From assembly GCA_000697335.1 (NCBI GenBank), contig JNEM01010572.1:1-64000 (forward strand): DNA of 64,000 bases, in the 5' to 3' direction. This DNA comes from Conidiobolus incongruus B7586 (Eukaryota). The translations under genes were made by a program, and so were the position numbers. Every line of letters begins with the position of its first letter. The first letter of the stretch is position 1. Shown in pieces: positions 55,237-64,000 of this stretch. Below the pieces are notes generated by a model. It ran no database searches. It was not told where the DNA came from and saw nothing but the letters and a program-made list of their open reading frames with translations.

Positions 55237-55453
55237 ATATAGTAGTTTCTCTATGGGTATTATGGATGGTGTAAAGTGAGCGGGAATGGCCATTGTTGTT
55301 GCCTAATAGTAGGTAAGTATTTTAGTCATTAAGACTGGTCAATATTACAACTTATGTCGCAAATAATGGTCAATTAAGGTAAAGCCTCCTTATAGAATGG
55401 AAACCCAAGGTTAAAAATGGTGTAAAGGGTAACACTTTGAGATTTCACAATAT
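55237..55453 (+). ncRNA. Copy B of the 182-bp identical non-coding element; candidate structured RNA
   Basis: Core 55242-55423 identical to the reverse complement of 33854-34035; the following 30 bp still align with 5 mismatches. Confidence 0.45.
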
Positions 55454-57434
55454 GGTTTAATGATATATTGTTTAAATTATATCTCGGTTATGAATGTATT
55501 TTATATGATCTTTAACAATTAAAAACATCTTTTAAATTATAATTATAAAATTTATCCAAAATTATCAATTCACTTGATAACAGTATATACTGAATTATTT
55601 CAGAACTGTTCATCAAATCATGAATTTTCAAAGACATTGAATGCTAATAAAATAGGCTATTTTAAAAGAGTAAATATAAGCAGATAAGGAAAAGCATATT
55701 CAATAATATTATATTTATGACAAGCAATGATTTTGAATGAAAAGAGCATACTTTTTATATTAATTCACGAATAGATGAGTGGATTCAACAATAAATTAAA
55801 ATTGGTCTGGTATGTTTTGTCATTTGGAATATATTTGATATATAGAATTCTAGCTATATTCCAACATAAATTTACCATATTGACTCCTTGATAAAATATA
55901 TACTATTTATCTTTATTCAAATACTATTTTAATATTGAATCAAACATATAAATTTATATGTTAAAATCTTGGCAATTTTTTATTTTAAATATTTCCACAA
56001 ACATTTTAAATACCAATATTATTTAACCTCCTAAACCAGTTTGATTATAATTCTACTCCATTACCAATATGATTACAAAATATCAATTCATTCAATATTA
56101 AGTAGAATATATATTATGCTACTGTATATTATCAATAAAGAATATCATAACTATTAAATATGGGTATTAAAAAGCTCAATAATTGTTGCAAATTGATAAG
56201 TTATTCAATTTTAAATTCTTTATATATTTCTCTCAATTAAATAGAAATTTGAAAAAATATATAATCCTAAAAAATTATTATAAATACAAAATTTTATGAA
56301 TATGAAATTTTTTTTATTATAAAGTATTTTAAAATTTCTCAATTTTTATTTAATAATGTTAAATTAGATAAAAAGAATAATTCTAAGTAAAATTTAATTT
56401 AAAAATAGAAAATTATTTTATTATTAATTTTATATTTTACAATATTTGAATTATATAGTTTATAAAATGAAAAAAATAGATATATCTAATATTATACTAT
56501 ATTAAATATTCACTTATAAAAGTCATTTGAATTTCAATTATTTACTATGAGCCAAAAATTTTTAGATTTAATGTAATAAAAGCTATATTCAATTTTTTGA
56601 TTACTCATATATAAAGATTTCAAGACTGAAATATTTCTGATACAATATGTGATTTATTATTAACCGGTGTCCATTATAATATCCGAAAATTAATTATTTT
56701 TATGGATTATTTTGTATAGATATGGTAAAATTGAAAAGAAAAATTCCATTTTTTCAATTGATTTGAAATTAGACAATTTGCTCTGCCGATCAATTATAGG
56801 TTAAGTATAATCTATTTGAATTAAAATAAAAATACTGTAGTTCAAAATGTAAAGTAATAAGTAAATTTATTAACATCTTTCTAATATATAATTAAAATTA
56901 AATGATTATTCAATATTAGTCAAATATAATTGTTCCAAATTAATATTGTGATTTCCCAATCAAACTATTAATACTTGTAATATTTATTTTGAATAGATTA
57001 GTAAGATAAAATGATATACAAAGTTGGATAAAAAATAAAAAAGATATACTACTAAATATAATATAATCAATATATGTATTTGTCATATTCATCTAAAATA
57101 ACTTTAAATTCAAATAGTCAAATTCATAATTGAAATATATTGAAAAATAAAATTTATTAAAATATAAAATATTGTGATAGTGATATTTACTGATTTTATT
57201 AATTAAAATTCATATTTATAATTAATTTAAATATAAAGTCGATGTTAATACTATATAATGAGTATTTGAATACTAACTGATTATAAGATATCGCATATAT
57301 CTAGGCTATACAATCAAAATAATTATAAAACTAAAATTCATGGCAAAAAATTGCCAATTAAGAATTGACCAAGTTTTTATATAACATAAATTGAATCTAT
57401 CAACAAACAAAAAAATTAAATAAGTTTAAGTATG

Positions 57435-58494
57435 TTAGTCCTTATACAGATTATTCTCAGCTATATAGTCGATAACGTGATTGGGTAAAAGGTACTTAAT
57501 AGACATATTCCTCTTGATAAATAGTCTAAATAATAATATTATTAATGAATTTAATTAATGTTAATTTATACTAGTTACCTTATTTTAGTTGAACTTATAT
57601 CATTATGAATTAATTGTTTGACAACTATAACATTTTTCTAAGGATTTGGATTAATTATAAAAATTTTTCATTTACTAAATGTAAAATATTACCCTATGCT
57701 TGAACAAGGCATCGTTTTGCAAGAGAGTTCCATAAACGTCAACACCGGTTCTTTCTACGACCACACACCCGTAGTCTGATAAAATTCTGTCCAACTAAAA
57801 TTGCAAAATATTAATATGTATAAATTATAATATGTGATAAATGTATTAAACATACATCTTTAGGGGACCATACGCCAGGAATATTGAAAGATTCTATAAG
57901 ATCACCACCAGCTAACAATACTATTTTAGCTTTAACTTTTTTACCTAAATAAAAATTAACAAATACAATAACGAATATTACTTTAGTGTTGCGTACCATC
58001 CTCAGTTTCGATACCACCTCTCTTAACGTTTATCTCCTCGTTAAAGTGATCTAAAACAACGAGGGTTCTCTGGTACCCAGGCTGCAAACTCTCCCAATTG
58101 TCGACCATGAGCCAGTCAGAAGTGGTGTCAACGGCCAATTGACACATTTTGACCCTGTGAACCGATGGTGCTAAGCCCTCCTTCTTATACTGATCTGACA
58201 CTGGTGAGAAGTAACCTCCAACAATTTCGTAAGTGCCCTGCTCGTTAATAATATCTCTAGCCATTTCTAAACAACTGTCAATAACCAAAAAAGGGTTTCA
58301 GAGGTGATAAATTTACCGAACATTCTCAAATGGAGATAAGTAATTGGGGAGAATGAGCCACAAGCGATTAAAATCAGAGGAATTTTGGTTTTATCTAAAA
58401 CTTAATATTAAAAAATTTGATTCAACAATAATCATTATTTATTAACACCTTGTAATTTATTAACCAATCTATGAGTCGGAAATTCATAAGCCAT
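57435..58494 (-). CDS. NMA1: Nicotinamide/nicotinate mononucleotide adenylyltransferase, multi-exon
   Basis: ACGSFSPITYLHLRMFEMA, GGYFSPVSDQYKKEGL, WLMVDNWESLQ, LLAGGDLIESF..PGVW, NDISSTKIRLF. Confidence 0.96.
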
Positions 58495-60617
58495 TCTGTC
58501 AATATTATATTAAAAAGCAATAAAAAGTGACTTATTTTTTAATCTTTTATATTATTTATCTTTAATTTTATATACTTTTATATATTAAAATTTATGGTTT
58601 TAAATTATTGAAAATTTGGTTTCAAATTAATTCTAATTATTCATTCATGATTGGTTAAAGTTAAAAATTTTTTTTCTTGTTTAGAAATGGTTGATCAGTT
58701 TAGTCATATATTTTTGAAAAATTTAATAAACTTCCTTTTCCGCCTATCATCGGTTCCTTATCAATATCAGTAACATAGTTATTCTTGTGTTAAAAATGAA
58801 TGATTAATGAGTTATCAACAAGATATCTAAGGTTAGATTACTAGATTGGGGGAATTGATAACGATTCGTGTAACTTATTCAAGGTGATTAATCTGATAGT
58901 TATGATAGTTAAATTGAAATTAAGGGTAGTGAAATTTTAGACCATGTGAACTAATTATTAATCATTAATAAGCATTTATTATTTAAAGTAATATGATCTT
59001 TTCTTTATTATATTAATAATAGTTTAAATTGGTGTGTATTAAATACAATAACTTTAATGGATCATTTGTTATTTCAAGTATTTGATATATTATTATAAAT
59101 CAAGTGTTTAAAATATATTATTAATTTCAATATCACATGAAAATGATATAAATGAGCATTTTAATTGAATAATGCAAGGATTACATGCTATTATATTTGA
59201 GTAAGGTCGTCAAATTTGGATAAATGAACCAGAGCTAATCATTGGTTTAGGCATATTGGAGCCAAGAAATCATGATTTTGAGTTATAATTGTGGATGTTA
59301 CTGGACAAAAAATCTAAATATTTTGTGATTTCGAGTTGAGGAATGTTGATCAATGAAAGTATTTTAAGCAAAATGTCAGGTAGTTAATAGGTTCTAGAAA
59401 CAATAAGGGTGCATGCAGCTGCCTCTGTATCATTCGGTTGCCTTTGGAAAAGACTGACTTGTTCAATACAACGATACAGTTTTTTTCATGGTATTGAGCA
59501 CAAATTAGTTCAAGCAGAGGTGATTACAAAATGCTATGATGGTATAATAGCCATCCTATAATCTAGAGTCATAAATGTTTGAGGTCAAAAGTGGACTTGT
59601 ACCAATACTAATAGAAATATTGTCATCCTTGACTCATCGATAGTTAATAAGTGCCGGAGAAGAAATTGTATAAAGTTTAAGTCTAGTAAGATATAAAAAA
59701 CAACAAATTTCATCATTTAGCTGACATGTATAGATATGAGCTTTCTTCATTCATTTTTTGCAAATGAATGGAACTAAATGAGACATTTTTAAAATTCACA
59801 ATATCAAGTTTTAATGTAGAAAAATTTAGAATTTGGTTTGATATTCGTAATTCTTACCATTACATATTATTATTTATTCCTTTTAAATGATTCAAACCAT
59901 TAAATTACTATTTGATTATATTATATTAAAATCATTCGCTTTCAAATCTTTATTAGATTTTGAGTGATTTGATTATTGATCACTCTATTTTGATAAAATT
60001 CCAAATAATAAAAATGAAATTATAGTTAGTTTATTAAATACCAGATAGTTATTTTATCACTATAGCTTAATGCCAATATAATTCTCTTTATACTAAACCT
60101 TATATCATCCATATCTTTGGAATAAATTTGCTAAGTTCAATACTAATATTGATGAACTAATTCAATTTCCAAACCAACCCGATATTATTAATCAATATCC
60201 TTAAAAATTTCTAATCAATATCAATAAATGTAAAATACTTTCGATATTTTAATATATTAAATTATATAATATAAATTAATATATTTAAAAATCCAAAGGT
60301 TTGAAATCATAATAAGGGTCTAGATAATTTAATTAAAAAAAGTTTATAATTTCACTAGATATAAAATTTTTGGTTTAAATTTGAAAATTATAATTTATAA
60401 TTATAATACCAGATTCAAATTATTAAATTCATTAAAATAAAAAATATATAATCGAAGTGAAGTGAATATATTGGGATTAAAATATTAATCCTTTTAGTAT
60501 CAACTATTATAGATTCAACCTTTTAAATTCTGAACTAAATAACAATATTAAAATTTATGATGAATGATTCTATTAAAAACAATCTATAATTTATTACTTA
60601 ATAATGTTTTACTAAAA

Positions 60618-63501
60618 TTAAATTAAATCCATTTGAGCCAATGTATAATCCAGTAAGTAAGTTTGAGTGATTTGATCATCCAACTTATTATAATGTCTCT
60701 CGGTATATGGAATTAAACTCTTAAAAACCTAAAATAATCAGTTAATTAACAAATATACATTCGAGGAATAGCATATATTACCTCTTGAATTCCATTTAAT
60801 TCATTAAGTACAGAGGGGTGGTAAGATTTTAAAATAATATGTAAAAGATTTTGGGCAATTGGGGAATGTTTGAAATTGGTATTCCAATCACAGATATATT
60901 TCAATATTTGTTGCAACTAAATAATATTTTAATATTTCCTTATCATATGATATAATTGTAGATGTTACCTGATCTTGAGGTAATTTGGAAAAGATTTCGT
61001 CAATATCTAAACTACCAGTAATACTGTCCTTGGTGAATGAGTTTTCCAACACTTTATAAAGGATGTTGAGTAATTGAAATGGGTGATTTAATTTAATAGC
61101 TAATTTGATAGCATTCTTATAGTCCTTTTGTACCATGAAATTTGATAGCTCTTGATTTCTAAAATTCAAAATATTAACGAATGAAATGGTATTGGGTTAG
61201 GATCAAACTTACTGAATAATCTTAGCTTCTTCCTCCTCGCGCTTGGCTTGCTGATCTGATTCCGTAGTATCCTCCCACAGATTGATGACAGAATCGGCAC
61301 CTCCCGTCACTAGGAATTGTTCGTCTTTGGAGGTTGCAAGACACCAAATCTAAAAATTAATTAATATCAAAATTGTAAAATCTTGAATCAATTATTACTT
61401 TTTCGGTATGACCGTCCAAAGTAGCTACACATTCATTATTCTTAATAGTCCACAACTTCACCAGACCGTCAGCACCACAGGACACGATTTGTAAGCCGCT
61501 GGAAAGGAAGCTGGCGCGCAATACGGTGTTGGTGTGGCCTTCGAAGGTTTTGAGACATGAGAAGTCCTTGAGGGACCAGATCTTAACAGTTTTATCACCA
61601 GAACTGGTTACCATGATTTGCTCTACTGGAGAGAATTCGACGGACCAAACACCTCGCTTGTGACCGGTACATGTGCCTAACAAGGAACCATCAGCGGTGT
61701 TCCAAACCTTGACGGTCTTGTCCTGGGATGCAGTGGCAAAGATCTTGTCATTGGGGGCGAATGTTACGCAATTGATGGCTTTGTCGTGAGCCTTGAAGGT
61801 GTATTTTGATTGAAGTTTAGGGATTTCGGTATCTTCGAGGTCTGAGTCAACTAAATAAATTAATTTAATGAAATTATAATAAATGGTTAATATAATTAAA
61901 AATACCATAATCAGTGTATTCCCACAATTTCACAGTTAAATCTTCACTTCCCGTGACTAAATATTGAGGACCATTGGATTTTTTAGAAAGTGCAATAGCT
62001 CCAACCGCTTCGTTGTGACCGACACATTCAGCTAAGCATTCGAAACTAAAACGCTTATTAATATTAATATAACTTAAATGATGCATACTAAATTTACCTC
62101 AATTGCTCGCCAACATTAGCTCTCCATATTCTAGCAGTGTTATCCTTAGAGCCTGAAGCAAATACTGTACCTGAGGGATTGGTAGCCAACGACACAACAA
62201 TATCGGAGTGACCAAATAAAAGATCAGTGCAAGATGTAGCCAAATCAATTACCTTCAATTGCTCACTGTTAGAAGCAACGAGTAGGTGAGAATGCTCTTC
62301 ATTGTTGTAGGTATATTCCAACAGTTTCAAATCGATAATCTCTTCGTTATATCCGACGATTTGCTTGACTCTAGCTAAATGATCTTCAACTGAGTAGAAG
62401 ACCAAACTGTGGTCATCAGTGACTGCAACCAGCTGCTGAACATCTTTCAAGTAGAGGGTTTGAGTGATTTGGTGCGAGGTAGAACCCTCTTGCACTTGGA
62501 CGATCAACTCTTCGCCAGATTCGAGGTCCCAGATCTTAAGTAGTCCAGATTCGCCACCAGTGTAGAATTGGGTGGGCATTTCGTCTGCATCATCGCTAGA
62601 TCTAATGAATCCAACGTCTTCGACAGATTCGTAAAGTGGGATAGATTTCATAGGTTTCAAAGTTTTTGTATTCCATAGCGATACGGTCTTGTCTCTAGAA
62701 CCCGCTAACAGAATGGAGCCATCTGGAGTGAAGTCGAGACCTCGAATAACAGATCCATGATGGTTGAAGGTAGCCAAATGCTGACTAGTTTTCAAATCCC
62801 ACAGGATAATCTTGCAGTCGTTGGCACCGGAAGCGAGCCAGATCTGATTCATGTCCTTAGTCTTGGGAGGTGTGAAAAATTTCAGAGCACTGACAACTCC
62901 TCCGTGACGTTTAAAATTGTGGGTGCAATACCCCTTCGTAATGTGGTAGATTTGAATGGTACTGTCTGCCGATCCCAAAGCTACTAAAGTCCCAGATTGA
63001 TCAATCGCCATAACAATGATTGGTGTATCTCTGAGCTACAATTTTTTATTAATATATCAAATAACTCAATGGATAGATAATTTTATTACTTACTCTAATA
63101 GTATTAACCACCTTAAAACTCTCTAGATCCCAAATTCGAACTTGCAAACTTCTACTAGCACTCACTAAGTAAGTTCCCTGAGGGTTCACTGCGAAACATG
63201 TAATATCTTCGGAATCCTAAATCCGTTAATTCAACACTAATCCTTATTCTTTTTTAAATATTAAACTTACACCAGATAGAGTTTGAATTTTTTGACCAGT
63301 TGTCAAGTCAGATATTATAATATCTTCACCCAAAGTTGTGAATAATCTGTTTGTAAGTGAATTTATTTGCACTGTACCACCAGTGTATATGGTATCGATA
63401 GAATTTGCTAGTTTATAACTAATTTCTTAATTAATTTTTTTTTTCAATGATCAGGATTTTAAAGGAAATTACCTAGTCTTGAGTTTGATAGCATTCGACA
63501 T
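60618..63501 (-). CDS. UTP13: U3 snoRNP / UTP-B subunit Utp13 (TBL3), WD40, multi-exon
   Basis: MSNAIKLKTSY..IYTGG, GYCTHNFKRHGGVVSAL, IVGYNEEIID, GHKRGVWSVEFSP, KTFEGHTNTVL, C-terminal QELSN..LIPYTERHY. Confidence 0.96.
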
Positions 63502-63787
63502 AATATTTAAAGGTTATTTTAATAACTAATAATTTTTATAATTTAATTTTATCTATATATTATTTAAAAAATTTATTAATTTTTTTTATATTATAATCAA
63601 AAATTAAAAATTAAAAATTATAAAAAAAAATTAAAATTTTATAGGTTTATTAATTCAAATTATTATGAAAATTAATATTATCCCATAATTTTGATAAATG
63701 AATTTTAGTTTTAAATTATTAATTGAATTTGGGGCCAATTAATATTAATTACAGAAAGTTAATATTTATTATTAATAATTTTTCATA
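63502..63787. promoter_or_regulatory. Short divergent (bidirectional) promoter region between UTP13 and TOM22
   Basis: 286 bp between head-to-head ATGs; contains TCCCATAATT (63681-63690) and a CCAAT box (~63735). Confidence 0.6.
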
Positions 63788-64000
63788 ATGGTCATTTTAA
63801 AAGAAATTCCAACCAACGAAAAAGCCGATAAAGTCGTCGTAGAAGATGTCGAAGAAGAGTATACCGACGACGACCAATACACCGATGATGATGATGATGA
63901 AGAATTCGACGACGAAACCCTTATGGACAGAATTTACGCTCTTAAAGATATTATCCCTCCCAACCAACGTTTGGCTATTTCTAAGACTTTCTCATCTGTT
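63788..64000 (+). CDS. TOM22: Mitochondrial import receptor Tom22 (5' part, truncated by window end)
   Basis: Acidic N-terminus followed by DETLMDRIYALKDIIPP. Confidence 0.93.
   Translation, partial: MVILKEIPTNEKADKVVVEDVEEEYTDDDQYTDDDDDEEFDDETLMDRIYALKDIIPPNQRLAISKTFSSV

Noticed and set aside
33824..55453. 21-kb giant DNA transposon with the 182-bp copies as TIRs
   Set aside because: No TSD, outer ends are the least conserved part, no matching transposase, and the interior is ordinary housekeeping genes.
59150..59720. GC-richer island with a signal-peptide-like start on the minus strand (MMKFVVFYILL)
   Set aside because: Frame breaks quickly; probably a decayed secreted-protein gene but family not identifiable.
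1..64000. tRNA, rRNA or CRISPR arrays
   Set aside because: No cloverleaf with T-loop consensus, rRNA motif or repeat-spacer array seen by eye; intron-containing tRNAs could have been missed.

Overview
A very AT-rich eukaryotic (fungal) nuclear window with many short (~45-60 nt) GT-AG introns. Gene content and style suggest an early-diverging, non-Dikarya fungus, possibly Entomophthorales/Conidiobolus-like (inference, not verified). Intact genes: RPL3, two TFIIB (SUA7) paralogues, ATG27-like, a class IV aminotransferase-like gene, MDV1/CAF4, PDS5, PBS2-type MAPKK, NMNAT, UTP13, the 5' part of TOM22, and a 7-exon gene I read as a divergent NELF-A homologue. Decayed copies: an MFS transporter, mitochondrial AspRS, VPS3/TGFBRAP1 (two lesions), two more TFIIB copies and a Clr4/SUV39H H3K9 methyltransferase. 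Mobile DNA: a full-length chromodomain Ty3/Gypsy element (LTRs, 5-bp TSD, PBS, PPT) and a mariner transposase, both destroyed almost only by C>T/G>A changes (RIP-like), plus a probable solo LTR. Best leads: (1) NELF-A-like pausing factor in a fungus; (2) a four-copy tandem TFIIB array undergoing birth-and-death; (3) RIP-like hypermutation of TEs; (4) a 182-bp non-coding element present twice, 100% identical, inverted and 21 kb apart, which folds by eye into a multibranch RNA with a perfect splice donor. All alignments and counts were done by eye; no database searches were run.
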